From Octopus vulgaris (Eukaryota), in contig OX597815.1 of assembly GCA_951406725.2 (NCBI GenBank), positions 37,076,001-37,140,000 on the forward strand: DNA of 64,000 bases, given 5' to 3'. Shown here piece by piece: positions 13,761 through 28,005 of the stretch. The position numbers and the translations under genes were made by a program. The notes under the pieces were generated by a model. It saw nothing but the letters and a program-made list of their open reading frames with translations, searched no databases and was not told the origin of the DNA. Every line of letters starts with the position of its first letter. Positions within the stretch are counted from its first letter, which is position 1.

Positions 13761-14699
13761 GACTTATTGTCTCCCTTTCTTAATGTCCTTATTTTACATA
13801 ACAGTGGTAGATTGGCAGAATGCGGTGCTTTGTAACATCCTTTACTACCAGACCCGAATGATGGTTTGATAATGTTATTTTGGCGACGGAAATATTTTTA
13901 CCGCTACATAAGTTGCAAACCATTTATAACATTAGTATAACATTGGGGACTTGAGCAATACAATCGTCTCAGCGTCTGACTGAATACCGTCACAGCATTT
14001 ATTTTGCTGAGCTCGATTTTGCACTTCATTTTACAACAAAGGCTTCTGAAATGCAGCTTGCTAGTCAGTACTATTTTTTAGCCTTGTTAAATACGTTTCA
14101 GTTACATTTGTTTTCATCATTTTGTCTAAAATATTATCTAATAGTAGTATACAACGGTATTTATTATAACCAGCTCCTTTGGGATTACCAATATTAAATG
14201 GTAATTAAATAACATTGCAAACCACCTCTCTCTTACATTTTATGAAATCGGCTATAACGCATTTTGCATTGCTAAACTCCATTCCAATATTGTGGCAACG
14301 ATTGCATCCAGTCTTTACAAGTGTACCAATTTATGATATAACGATCTGATATAATCGTTCATAAATAGGTAATTAATGTTTGTGACATCATTTCCAAGTT
14401 TGATGAATACGTGCAAACAGATTCTAAAATGCTATGTGAGACCCTCATTTTAAGAATACTGGAGGCCTTGTGTTAATTTGCAATTCGAGTGTGTTTGCAA
14501 AACGTGAAGTCTTTCAATTAGTTATAGCGTGTGTTTTTCTCTATGTCTTGAAAGTAGTACTGGTAAATTATTTCAGAGTTTTGTGGTTGTGCGCTTTGCT
14601 TGTATGATATGAATGGATATCCAAAAATAATGGTAATAATAACATGCTTAATTTCTGCGTAGATGTCAGAGCTGAAGCACAGTTATTGCCAAGAGAAAA

Positions 14700-15400
14700 G
14701 AAAAAAAACCTATCAGTTAGCTGAATTCAAGTAATAAATGGTAGAAAGGGCAGAGATTGTTTATGTAGTAGAAATATGTGATACGTGCTACCATGATTAG
14801 GCAGAGATCAAATATCCCAATGAGGATAAGAGCTGTGATAACTAAGTTTAGAGGTGAGAAAGAGGTAGACTTGTCACCCGATAGTACTAATAGGTAAGAT
14901 TACTAGTTAGTGGTGATAGCTCAGGATGGAAGCGTAGTATTCAAGTGGGAGAATTGTGAGAACTTAAATGGGTTGCTTGCACTGAAACCTCTGCGTTTGA
15001 TGACATCAAAGAGGAACAAGGTGAAATAGATGTCCACAATGTAGCATCAGAAATATTCGAAGAAATTATTGATCTGGGTCGGCAGCGATAATATAAACTT
15101 AGAAGAGTGGAAAAGTATGAACCAGAGTCTCTTAAAGTATTTTTCGCTACTGTCCAGGTAAAAGTGAATGGTAGGGACAGTGGACCTCAGGTAAATGCAA
15201 ATACCAGAGAAATTGGAAAAGGTGGTTTGCACAGCATTAGCAAAGGAAAATGAGATAGGCAAGTAAAACATTCAGGTAGGCAAGTCAAACTTAATGTAAT
15301 GAACTCTCTCAATGTTTTGATAGGTTTGGTACACAGACCAAGGTTGGGAGACATAATGTGTGGTGATACTATCAGCAACCACATATCTACAGTTGTTTAG
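14700..15400 (-). mobile_element. Probable decayed APE-type LINE fragment (CR1/Jockey group)
   Basis: Weak similarity to an endonuclease region (FILSLPTQINNFFEYF). Heavily mutated. Confidence 0.35.
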
Positions 15401-16371
15401 TTTGATGGTAATGTACTAAATGATGTTCGAAAAATTTTTTTCATGAACTGAAATTTTCCATTTAGTTCGAGAAAGGAAGCAAAATCCCGAAGGTAATTAT
15501 GAAATAACTCTAAAAAATAAAATAAAATAAGTAGATCATGATTTCTAGATAATTGAAAATTAATTTTACTGAAAATTGAATTTCAATGTATAGTAGGAGA
15601 AAATCTGATCTTTGTTAGCAGGTAAGGTGACAGCGAAGGACATGCTTCATTCTACAGTTATTGTCGAAGATGCAGAGAATCAGTATCTGGTTGCTACGTA
15701 ACCAATAGCGTCAGCAGAGTCACCACTACTGTTTTATCAACGATTCAGGAAGTGTCATTTAAAACTGATTTGTGTTACTATCCACATTGCTTGAAAAGAT
15801 AATCACATATCGCAAAAAGAGCTCATAGTGATATATTTATTTAGCGAAAATACTGGAAGTCAGCATATTGAAATATAAGCAACTGCATGAATTATGCCGT
15901 CAATATTTATCGTCTGTAACATTCAAGCCTTAAAGGAAGCATTTATGCGGTTGTTTAATGTGCTAGAAACATCAACCAAGTCAACTTCAATAATGTAGTT
16001 ACAGATCGCATAATGTAGTTACGGATACACTATATCTGGAAATAAAAGACAAATCACAGTTAGAAGGTCTTTGATTATACATTTGTTCAATCAGGGCTAA
16101 CGCTGTGTCAAACAACTACTTTAACAATAAATATTATTCATTCTGTGTTGTATATCTATCTCTTACTAGTATTAATCATTGGACTGTGGCCATGCCGGGG
16201 CACTAGGTTGAAGACTGTAGTCGAACAAATCTACCCCAGTACATATATTTTAAGTCTGATACTTATTCTATGGGTTTGTTTTGCCAAACCGCAAGGTTAC
16301 AGTGATATAAACAAACCAACACCAGATATCAAGCGATGGCAAGGGAAGCAAAAGACACCACACGCACTATA

Positions 16372-16534
<163 letters not shown>

Positions 16535-16613
16535 TCTAAATCTCTGTAAAGGAGAGATACTGCAGCAGTACAGGGTATTAATATTTATCGCGAAGTTAAC
16601 GTAGCAGTGCAGT

Positions 16614-17030
16614 GAAATAGGACGAATGCTGGCGTTAATTAGCTCCAAGAAGCCATTGCCTCTAGCTAGCTATGTGACACACAAATCTGCGTTCATAACA
16701 CAGTACTACTGCCTTATCTCTCCTTTAGAGAGAGGTTTAGAAATGATAATATTTCTATTTTTGAAAATCAGTAAATGTTTTCCACTGAATATATATATAT
16801 ATATATAAATAAACCTTCGAACAGACGGTCAGCAGCGACGCCCGCTAGGTTTAGCTACTCCACATTAATAAGGGACAAATACTCCGAAACCAGGTCTGTG
16901 GATGCTGAACAAGCAAGGGGAAGTTGATGACCTCCCATGTTCGAAGGTGTTATGGACACAGATTTGTGTGTCACATAGCTAGCTAGAGGCCATTCTTGGA
17001 GCTAATTAACGGCAGCATTCGTCCTATTTC
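16614..17030. repeat. Inverted repeat with about 85-bp arms (16614-16701 and 16947-17030), PLE pseudo-LTR-like
   Basis: GAAATAGGACGAATGCTG...CATAACAC matches the reverse complement of GTGTTATG...CAGCATTCGTCCTATTTC. The spacer contains (TA)n and an HHR motif. Confidence 0.85.
16859..16902 (+). ncRNA. Type I hammerhead motif, degenerate core
   Basis: TCCACA-TTAATAA-GGG acaaata CTCC-GAAA-CCAGG-TC-TGTGGA. Perfect 6-bp stem I and a GUC site. Core has U3/A8 and G5A. Confidence 0.65.
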
Positions 17031-17063
17031 TCCGGACTGCCGCATTAGCTTGGAGATATATCT

Positions 17064-17151
<88 letters not shown>

Positions 17152-17867
17152 CTTGCCAAATTCACTGGGTGACCCGCGGTTATTGTAGATGTAATGTAAT
17201 TACTTGGAAAATAATCAATTTCTCGTTAAGATATGTATTATTTTACAGCGAATATAAATGAATGAACTCTGTTTCAGAATGAAAAAAATGTATAAATGAA
17301 TAAACAACAGAAAAATACAAGATATACATACCTGGATATACTAAGTAATTATGAATTTTAAGAAGTTTTATAAATAACAACAATAGAACAACGTTTTCAA
17401 TTTCCACAAAAATATTTTAATTTACATTTTCACAATAATTTGCTGAACTAGAAAGTTTTTCAACTCAACTTTATAAATACTGCAATTTTACATGAAGCAA
17501 ATATATGTATATATACAATATTTTGCAATAGTCTCAAACTGTTATAAGTTATAAACACATATATGAACATGACTGCTTATTATAAGAACTACTTCGGCAC
17601 TGATGACAGGAATTTCGAATTTTCTTTATGTCTAGTATTTTATTTTGATTGGGTATTTTTCTTAATTCATTTACTTCAAAGCTTTTCCAACGTTCTTCCT
17701 TTGTAAATTGTTTTGCTGTCCAATAAAGATATAACGCTTGGTAATTATCTCATGAGAGGATGATGGATCATAGTGATCCGAGACAAGCATACATACATAT
17801 ACATACATACTATATATATATATATTTTTTTTTTCTCTCCCTTTTTCTCTCCTTGTTTTTTCTGTGT

Positions 17868-17908
17868 CCCTTTCTGTAGAAGAGCGTAGGCTCGAAACGT
17901 AAAATACT
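17868..17908 (+). ncRNA. Minimal type I hammerhead-like motif with CUGUAGA core
   Basis: CTTT-CTGTAGA-A-GAGC gtag GCTC-GAA-ACGT-A-AAA. Sister copies at 42295-42332 (-) and 56538-56578 (+). Confidence 0.55.
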
Positions 17909-18036
17909 TTTTTCTATTCCTGAGCGTTATACTAATACATCTGTTTGTTTTGTACACCACCTGTCTTTGTCTTTTGTTTTTTTCGTAAACTCTCCCTATA
18001 TATATATATATATATACATCCCCCCACATATATATG

Positions 18037-18090
<54 letters not shown>

Positions 18091-18149
18091 AATTTACTCT
18101 GAGAAAGGAGATGGTTTCTAACAAAAATACAAAGCTCCATTGTTAGAAT

Positions 18150-19590
18150 TTAGATAATTAAAAAAGATGTCACATGTTTAACTTGGGAAAAGTCTTGCAT
18201 ATTTTTACTGTTCCTCTTACTGATTGAATTTGAAATGTTTGAGTTACTTGATTGATTTCTTTTTCCAAAAATCCAAGATTATCCAAATTCTCAGCTAAGT
18301 ATTTACTCAGAAAACCAAGTGCACTAATTATCATTTGTATAAATGTAAATATGCAAGCTGGTTATAGAAGCTGGACGTTTCGAAGTAGTTGTCCGTAGTT
18401 CTTTCTCTTTGATTTTCAAAGAGATATTCCCATCAACAGGACAGCTGATCTCTATAGCGGTTAATACTTTTTCTTGTTTCTCCCAAACACCAATATCGGG
18501 TTTGCTATGTTTGCACTTGACAGATGTTTTCTTGGGAATGTTCCACCAATATTTCTTGTGCTGACGGTGGGGTACGTATTCAGTAACGGGGGTATTCTCT
18601 ATATTTATTCGAAGACAGTCTTTTCTCCGAATGGCATTGTATATTGTTTTTGCGACAACGTCGTGTCGCATAGGGAGGTAATACCTTGAGGACATTTTTG
18701 AGTAGCTGCTAATCATGCGTGATATTTTCCATAGAAGTATGACATAATCTACAATTTCGATTGCGTCTTGGAACTTCAAAGGCGTAACTATCTCGTTTGT
18801 TAGCTATTTAGCAGCAATCTCGCAATCTCCTGTTCTTGTATTGCAAATGCATTGCATTCGAAGTGTGATGGGACGTTGCGGTCACGAGTCAAAGAGAGGC
18901 TTAGCTTCGTGTCAATATTACTGTCTTCTACGTTCTGATTAAAAATTCCTCCGAGGAATTTTGCCGTTCATCCTTTCAGAGCCGATTAAATAAGTACCAG
19001 ATGAGCACTGGGGTCGATGTAATCGACTTACCTCTCCCCCCAAACCGCTGGTCTTGTGCTAAAATCTTCTTCAAATCTTCAGGAAACATATACATACTTA
19101 ATCTTTTTTGGAGATGGGTTGGGTATGGTGAGCGTTTCACATCCAGGTCTTCTTTGAGTATGTTAGTCCAGCTGTTTTGGGTTGTATGGGAGGTCATCAG
19201 AAAGAGAGTGCTTCCTTAGGAGCTCGCTGCCGATACGTAAGAAATTGTTTCTTCACTTTTCAGGACTAAATGAATATTTTTGATGCTGTTGTTTATCAAG
19301 TGGTGTCTGAGAGAGACTATACAACATTCGAAGGCTGTCTGCATTGATCACAAACTCCTACCTCATTTATCTTCTTAGATAGAGCCTATCGATGTCACTG
19401 TTCTTGTGGAGGTTTCCAGTTGATGTCTGTATCATGCGGGTTTCTTCTACAGACTAATCAAATATTTCAAATGTTGGGATCAGTACTGGTACTGCAAATG
19501 CATTGTGGAATATTGTCTTGTTGTAAGACGAGAATTCCCACTGCCATATTTCTAAGTCTGGCATGAAAATCTTGGGTCACTCTGTCTTTA
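18150..19590 (-). mobile_element. Decayed R4/Dong-like LINE interrupted by an S3 SINE piece (about 18930-19060)
   Basis: MSSRYYLPMRHDVVAKTIY...YWWNIP...HSKPDIGVW...AIEISCP, a PD-(D/E) REL domain. Confidence 0.8.
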
Positions 19591-20515
19591 TTCACAGTAC
19601 CGTCTTACATATTTTCATTAGTACCAAGGTACTTGTAGCATATTTTGGGTGAGACAGAGAAAACGTTGATGCACAAATTTTGAGCCTGAGGGACTGATTG
19701 CATATAAGTATGTATGTATGTATGTATGTATGTATGTATGTATGTATGTATGTATGTATGTATGTATGTATGTATGTATGTATGTATGTATGGATAGATG
19801 GATGGATGGATGTGACAATGATTTGAATTACCAATTGATTTTCAGTGTTTTTCTCTCTCTGACAGACATACGTGTGTATATTATACATGCAGACACAAAT
19901 ATATATATATATATATATATACATGGTACAAATACAATGGAAAAGAAAAACAGAATAACGCAGGAGGAACGAAGTTTGCGAAATAAGGTATCCTCTATCT
20001 TTTAAAGGATAGAGGAAGTATTTTAATGTTAGTCTTGCATGAGAAGAGAGGAAAAGGGCGTAGAGGAAGCGAGAAGAAAACAATTGAAAAACGCTGGCAA
20101 AGGGTAAGAAACCAGAAAAGAATGTTATTCTTTTGGGGGAAATTAGGAAGAGAGATAAAGCAGGTGTTTAGATGCAAGTATGGTAGCTTATCAACAGGAG
20201 AAATGGTTGAGAAAATAGGCATGAGAAATAGGGATTAAAAAATGAGGGAAATAGAAGGAAGATAAAAGGAAAAACTATACATAAAGAGAATAGAAGAAAA
20301 AATGGAGGAAAGAGATTAAGTGCAGTGCAACAAGCAGTAAAAATATATCCGAAGTAATCTGGTACAGTAATCGAATATCGAGAACGAACCCAGAGGAAAT
20401 CTACTTCAGCATTTAATATATAGTGTAAATGCAATGAACAATATAAAGGACAACATAGGAGGAACAAAGTTTAACAGATGAAGTATTAGCTTAACGCTTT
20501 AATGGGAAGAGAAAG

Positions 20516-20551
20516 TCTCAGCGTTTCGGATGTTATTTCTTCATCAGAAGA
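20516..20551 (-). ncRNA. Minimal type I hammerhead motif
   Basis: TCTT-CTGATGA-AGA aataaca TCC-GAA-ACGC-T-GAGA. CUGAUGA and GAAA are intact, U16.1 is mutated. The downstream AGCGTTA..CTAATAC motif is shared with the 17868 family. Confidence 0.6.
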
Positions 20552-20779
20552 AAAAGAACATAAGGTGAGTGAGAAAGAGAAATCGCTAGTAGCAAAGAAA
20601 ATAACAGGTGAAGAGTTAGTAAACAAATGGGAATAGTGTTCTAGGTAGTTAAGAAGTAGTTAAGAAGCAGGAAATGTGTAGATATACAACACGTTTTACA
20701 TTTATATTTGCCTTACGCAGACACAGACACGGACAGACAGATAGACACACATACTACACGCACACTAACATATACAGGC

Positions 20780-20820
<41 letters not shown>

Positions 20821-21244
20821 AACATACACAGGCACACACACACACTCACACACGTGTATACACGTACATATTTGTAGGGATTAGTTATCTCAGTCATATC
20901 GTGTACTGTTTCACGCATTACACTTATACGATAAAATTCCTTACATATATATGTATGCACATTCATACATGCGTTATACACCTCGTTCATTAATCGACTA
21001 GATCGTTACTCAAGGATGTACTCAATGTATTATAGATGCAGACGAAATGGTGTCTTGCAACTGTACAATTATTTTAATTAATTTCTTCGAAAACCAGACT
21101 GGATGTATGATGGAGCCAGAATAGTTGAAACTGTGATCAACCATGTGGTATCACTGGTCAACTCAGATCCAGATCAACTATATAATGATAGGGTGAAACG
21201 GAAAAAGGGATGCCACTTTGTGTAGACGTACAAATGAGAGAGGA

Positions 21245-21280
<36 letters not shown>

Positions 21281-21649
21281 TAGTATTGTTAGGATGTAAA
21301 ATAAAATGAATTCATGTCAGTTACTGGTTTTTAGGCGGAAGTATGCGGTGAAGTAGTGAGAGAGAAGGAGGACCCATGGATAAGGATGGAGAAAAAGAGA
21401 GAAAAGGAATGAGAAGGAATGATGGGAAAGAGACTGGGAGGTAGCGGGCGTGATGTCATTAAGGTCAGACTTTAGAAGTTGATTGAATTTTGAAGTCCCT
21501 GGGGGAAGCTTGAAAAGTAACGGTTGCAGATAGCCAAATGAGACCGTTTCAGTTTTAAGTTTAGTGTATGGAATTACATTATTATTTCGTTATCTCTAGC
21601 ATTAAATGTTAAAATGAAGATAGTAACAGAACGTAAAAGAATCATTATT

Positions 21650-22582
21650 CTTTTCTATTATAGGCACAAGGTCTGAAATTAAGGAATGAGGGTGCTAGTC
21701 GACTACATCGACCCCGGTGTTCAACTGGCACTTATTTTATCGACCCCAAAAGGCTGAAAGGCAAAGTCAACCTCGGCGTAGTTTGAACGCGGAGCGTAAA
21801 GACGAGCGAAATGCCGTTAAGCTTTTTGCCCGGCGTACAAACGATTGTGCCACTTTGCCGCCTTAATAATAGTAATGATGATAATAATAATCTTCTCTAC
21901 TATACACACAAGGCCTGAAATTTAGGGGAGGGATAGACGATTACATCGACCCCTGTACAAAACTGGTACTTAGTTTATCGGCTCATAAAGAATGAAAGGT
22001 AAAATCGACCTCGGTGGAATTTGAATGATGATAATAATAATATTTTCTTTTATTAGCCACAAGTGCACAAGACATTCAGAACAATGTCAAAGGACGACGT
22101 AAAACACACAAAAGGCAGGGTTCACATCGATCAGAAGGGAATCGGCTACAATAAAGATATAAGAAATGATAAAACATAGAATTCAGAAAAATATAAAACT
22201 GAATATAGTCTTCAATAGCCTCGCAGTTCACCTAAGGTAATTGGAGGGAAAAAACCACACGCAAACAGGGAGATTACTCAGCTGTCTCCAGTTTCTTCCA
22301 TCCTACTTCTAATAATAATTCTATTGAAGGTGATGATGATAGTGATGATGATGTCATTTGTAACATTATAGGTTTCGAATTTTGGCACAAGGCCAGCAAT
22401 TTTGGAGGAGGGGTTAAGTCGATTACAACGACCCCAGTGTTCAACTGGCACTTATTTTATCGACTCCGAAAGAATGAAAAGCTAAGTCGACCTCGGCGGA
22501 ATATGAATTTACGACATAATAATGGACGAAATGCCGCCAAGCATTTTGCCCCGCTTGCTAATGATTCTGCCAGCTCACAGCC
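21650..22582 (-). mobile_element. Cluster of three S3 SINE copies (about 21650-21862, 21895-22025, 22375-22582)
   Basis: Repeated GCACAAGG...CGACCCC...CTGG.ACTTA.TTTATCG...GAAAGG.AAAGTCGACCTCGGCGGA modules in the same orientation. Confidence 0.85.
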
Positions 22583-22699
22583 TGATTGGCATGTGCAACA
22601 TTACTAATATGAAAATTGTGATTTCTGTGTGCAAGTGGCATATGTTTGATCTGGGGAGAGTCTAAACAGGTCTAAACTAATCTAATTACGTAGAATAGT

Positions 22700-23830
22700 G
22701 GATCTATTATAAAGGCAGCTGTTCATAGATATAGACGGAGGATTACAGGTACTTATTAGGTATTCAAAGGTTCCGTATTGAGATGATGTGGTGGAGCTGT
22801 AGTTCCAATCTTATATCGTACTGTTTTATATTGGTATGTTATTGTGTTTTGGTGAGTGGAAGATCCTTCTGTTATGAATTATTCTGTTATGTTGATGTGG
22901 TCAGTTATTATTACGGGAAAATTGGTAGTAGGATAATATTTTTAGGGTCTTATGGTTGCATAATGCTATTTTCAAATCAATAATAGTCACTTTATGAAGA
23001 ATATTTCTAGTGCATCTACCCTGCATAAATTGTATGGTTAGCTTTTAGAAGACTTTTCCAGAAGAGATTGAAGGCATTCCGGTCACTTTAGAGCTTCAAA
23101 TGCTAAGCAATTGCAAACCGGTTTTCTTTCTTGCAGGGTGTCCCAGCGTATGTTTCCAAGTATAAACGTTTCCTCGTTTTTGTTGTTACTGTACATCTGC
23201 ATACTATATTTCTTGCAAAACCGTTAAAATAATGGGGACACTTACTCGGATTACTAAATTTGCAACCGGTGATATTTAGGTCACGAGTTGTATTTCATTT
23301 GGTGCTACAAGAAGAGATTTTTAATTAGGTGAAATTAGAGGTAGTGAAATATGACTTTTATGCTGCTTTATTAGATATTTGATAGAATTTATGCTGTAGG
23401 GGAAGTTCCACCTCTGTGCAGAGAATATTGTCTGTGAGATTGCTGCTTCGAGAAAAGTAACGGAATTATACCAGAAGACGGTTTGATTCCCATGTTTCGT
23501 CTATTCGTGGTGTTGTTGCTTAGGAATATGTGAAATACGATCTCCTGGATACCATGTGCCTCGTTCTAATGGCATCGAATGTATGCAGAATATATCCAGC
23601 CTATACAAAATCCTAGAATGTCTGAGAGTTTCAGACTAGATTTTCAATAATATTTCTCGAGTAGTTTGAGAATTATAAATATAGAAGGTTTCATTGGGTT
23701 TATGATAATAAAGAACCTTCGGTATGTTTATTCAGCATGTTTGATGTAAAACTAGGGCGTTCTTATCCGATATTGTATTTTAAAGATTCTACAAAAGTTT
23801 CCGAAATTCGGGCAAATCCTAAACTTTGAC
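22700..23830 (-). mobile_element. Probable decayed retroelement coding fragment, family uncertain
   Basis: Strand-biased coding-like composition with many stops. No clear motif recognised. Confidence 0.25.
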
Positions 23831-24214
23831 CTTTATGGCATCACCTCCCCATCTCGCCACGCATTTTTATCAATCTACATTTCTCTCGCCTTTCTCTCTT
23901 ACTACACAACCTCTCTCCTTCCACATATGGTGTAGTGGTTGATGGTCATAGATCATATTCAATCGGCAACTCTAACAGTACTATTCACTGCCTCTTTTTA
24001 GAGCAATTCAATCAAAAAGCCGAAACAAAGCGACTTTCTCTTTGCTTTTTAAGCTATCATGATATGATTCTCCATCATGATCATATCATCAAGTGATTTC
24101 CATTATTAATACGGTTCTGGTAACATGATATTTTCTATCTGGCCTTTGAAGATAAACAAGATGTAACTGGTGATGTAACCGGAATAGTAGAGTTATATTA
24201 TTAATAATAATTCT

Positions 24215-24425
24215 TTCTACTATAGGCACAATGCCTGAGAGATTTGAGGTAGGAGGCTAGTCGATTTCATCGATCCCAGTACTTGGCTGGTTATTTTATC
24301 AACTCCGAGAGGATAAAAGGCAAAGTCAACCTCGGTGGAATTTGAACTCAGAACATAAAAACAGGTAAATGACGCTAAGCGTTTTGTCCGTCGTACTAAC
24401 GATCCTCTCTGCTCGCCACCTTCGG
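24215..24425 (-). mobile_element. S3 SINE
   Basis: Same modules as the other S3 copies. Flanked by TAA repeats. Confidence 0.8.
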
Positions 24426-24457
24426 TAATGATGATGATGATAATAATAATAATAATG

Positions 24458-24497
<40 letters not shown>

Positions 24498-24499
24498 TG

Positions 24500-24556
<57 letters not shown>

Positions 24557-24565
24557 GTAATAATA

Positions 24566-25225
24566 AACTGGTGACAAATAGTACAAGCACCACCCTTAGG
24601 TTGTAACTGAGGGAGAAAATGTAACTATTCTTTGGGACTTCCTAGTGTGTTCAGATCGTACCATCAAAGCAACTAAATCAGATTATGTTGTGAAGGACAA
24701 AAGCAATAAAGTCTGTTTATTGATTGACATGAGCATGTCCTGTCACCATAACATCTTGGGAAAAGAATTTGATAAGCTCAGAAAATATAAAGGTCTGCTA
24801 ATCGAAATCGAAAAGATGTGGCATCTCAAGACGTTTGCAATACCAGTGATTGCAGGAGCACTTGGAATGATCAAAAAAGGAACTGAAAATTATTTAAGAT
24901 TGATCCCTGGCTTACCATCCATGCAGGAAGTGCAAAAGATTGTTTTAACTGGTACGTCACACGCATTGAGAAGAGCATTGTCGCTGTAAATTTTCTTTCT
25001 CTACCCGACTTTATTTTATTTGTTAACTTTTCTATTTTTTATTTTCTCCTATTTCTCTCTGTGTTCCCCCCTTTCTCTATCACATAACTCTGTAAATGAA
25101 CAATCTAGTGTGCTTGTTTTAATGGCCTACCATGTATACAGTACATTTCTCTGCCCTAGGTGTCTGGAAGACACTCAGCAAGAGATGAAAACAGAATTGA
25201 AAGAAGATGCTAATGAAAATAGCGA
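24566..25225 (+). mobile_element. 5'-truncated R4/Dong-like LINE (REL endonuclease domain and 3' UTR) in (TAA)n
   Basis: VTILWDF..SDRTIKATKSDYVVKDK...LLIDMS...KEFDKLRKYKGLLIEIEKMW...IPVIAGALG...QKIVLTGTSHALRRALSL*. (TAA)n at 24426-24565 and a TAA-like tract at 25225-25270. Confidence 0.88.
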
Positions 25226-25321
25226 TAATAATAATGATAACAATGATAATAATAATGATAATAATAATAATGTTATATATATACTATATATATTTCATAT
25301 ATAATACTTATACATACATGT

Positions 25322-25540
25322 AAGGCGGCGAGATGGCAGAATTGTTACTGTATCGGACAAAATGCTTAGTGGCATTCTTCCGACTTGACGTTCTGAGTTC
25401 AAATGTCATTGGGGTCGACTTTGCCTTTCATCCATTCGAGCTCTTTAAAATATGTACAAGTAGTGAAGCACCTGGGACAATGTAATCGACTTAAACCCCT
25501 CCTCCGAGATTGTTGGCCTTGTGCCAAAATTTGAAACGAA
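25322..25540 (+). mobile_element. S3 SINE
   Basis: AAGGCGGCGAG head, GAGTTCAAAT B box, Nin-like core. Confidence 0.8.
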
Positions 25541-28005
25541 TATTTATACATGCATGTAAAACACCGATATGCACACATATTGACGCCCGCCCACCCGCCC
25601 GCGCGAACACACATGCACACACATATTGCAGACATACATCTGTATTTTTCCGCCTCATTATTTACATCTGAAAGATCAATTTGAATTTGAAAATATCACT
25701 GATCACTGATGAAACATTTATTACCCTCAGGAGATTTAGTTTTGTAAATTTAGATAATATTCATACATGAAAAATATGTAAATATTAACTGATCAATTTA
25801 ATAAGTGAATTAATTGTACATACAATATGAATATATGGTATAATAAATATACAAAAAAGGAAAACAAAACGCACTATAAAAAATAATTGAAGCGACTAAT
25901 GAAAACCATAGAACATAACGGTACATATACTGAAGTCATAATTAAAATTTAACAAAATTCGACAAATAATATAGATTTTGTATCTGGCATTGGAAGGAAA
26001 TAAGTTTACTTTTGGCAAAAATCTGAGTGAACTTATAAGTTTGGTTCTGTGATTTATTGTGCCTGAGCTGAACATTTATCTTGTTATGGAGCTACGAAAT
26101 GCATGGTAATAATATGGCTAGCCATATTATTACCATACATAGATAGCCATTTGCAGTGGAATATGATTATTGTTTTCTTTATTAAATGATCTGTTGAGGA
26201 AAATTATGGTGGAATAAGTTCCCTTCTTCTTCTGCCGATTAGCCAAAATATTTTTTACCAGAGCCAGGTTAATTGAAGAACGTAATCTCAGGAATCCTAC
26301 CCAGAAAGAAAACAAGAATCCTGCGGTGGATTTGAATTCCTGGCGACGAACAAACCAATCTCATCCACTTAGTCACTTTAAATGTTTAGATTGTGTATTT
26401 TGACTAAAATCATTATCATCCTATATTCTGCTTATAAAATATTGTGTTTATTCTACAACAAATATAGAACTAAAATTTGATCCAAGTTTACATGTTTCTG
26501 TTTATCAAAAAGTAACGCCATATTCTAAAAGATATGACCCAGAAAAGAAAACTTATATTTATAGTTATTCCTTCAGGTATTTAAATTTACTTTTCTTTTA
26601 AAGTTCGGTTGCACATAAAAAGATCATTTTGAAGCATAAAGATATTGATGACTAGAGTATTTATATTACATTTAATGCTGGTGAAGATCTCAGTTTATGG
26701 TTCAACGGCTTTTACAGAAGATCAGGAAAAATTAAAACGATATTTTCGCTGAAATGTTGCAAGTCCCACAAAGGAAGGGAATTAAATAAAAATATATGTA
26801 AACCTGTAACGCAGTATTGATTGTCGGAATTGACTGGATACAGATAAGATGTTTGATGTAGTATACAATTAACTTGTGTAGTTCTAGCGGAAAGATAAGT
26901 CTACACAATACACAATGCACAGATGTTACTTAAGCAAAAATATGTAATATAATAGAACGTAAGGGTAAGGGAGAAACTGTAACAGTTGAACATTCTTTGT
27001 GTTCTCACGCAACTTTGAAAACAGGATCTTTGGAATATGTTCAAAAGAAAATATAATGTCAAGTTTCCAGACGCTGGACAGCGAATTAAAGATGTTTCAT
27101 GATATTTCAGAGGTTTTGATGTCATAAACTTGTCAAAAAAAAAAAATCAATTCGAATCGAATATCAGGAATTTTTACAAATGTTGGCGAAATGCGATGAA
27201 ATGATTCAGAGTTTTGGTTAAATTTGATATTTTTCAGTCGAGGTAAATCAATAAAATGTTATTGCTCATCACAAATCCTTAAAATAAGAGGAAAATATTC
27301 TCATCTTGAAAAAATACATATCTCTTTTGTAGTAACATATTTCCCGTTTTAATAGGTATAGTGATACATAGTCTTTTTTTTTAAAACTTTAGTAGCAATA
27401 TATGTCTTATTAATATTTGTTATAAATCGTTGCGATATTACGCAGAAAATTTATTGTAAATATGGCGAAGATAAATTGATAAATGTTATTCAATTGATGA
27501 GGTAAACTTTATTGAGATTTATAACATTGATGAATAATTTTGAGTGTGTTTGTGTTTATATTCCCATTAAAATCGCTTTCATGAAATCTGGTTGCCAGTG
27601 CATATTAGATAGCCACAGGTTTCTAAATATATACCTCACAACATAAACAAAATATATGTCAGAAATCCATAGATCATGGTTCCAATTTTTCTTTGAAAGA
27701 ATTAGAATATGTGCACTCGAGGATCCTTATACTACTCATTATGGCTTATTTATAGTGAAATAGAAGAATATTCTCCAGTAACGAAAAATCATAGTGAGCG
27801 ATAATTGTTTCTTTATTTTCAACATGTGATGTGATACAACACAACCGAGGGAAACTTTTTTCTACTAAATCGAAATTAAAAAAAGGAGTTTGGTTACAAG
27901 GTATTCATAAATAATTATCTGATGGTTTTACTCAAGAATGACGATTATAATTAAGTTAACGTTCACTTTATTTGACCTTGAAATTATGGGAGATAGTTAA
28001 TACCT

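Noticed and set aside
17600-17625. CTGATGA motif
   Set aside because: No GAAA and no stems in hammerhead geometry.
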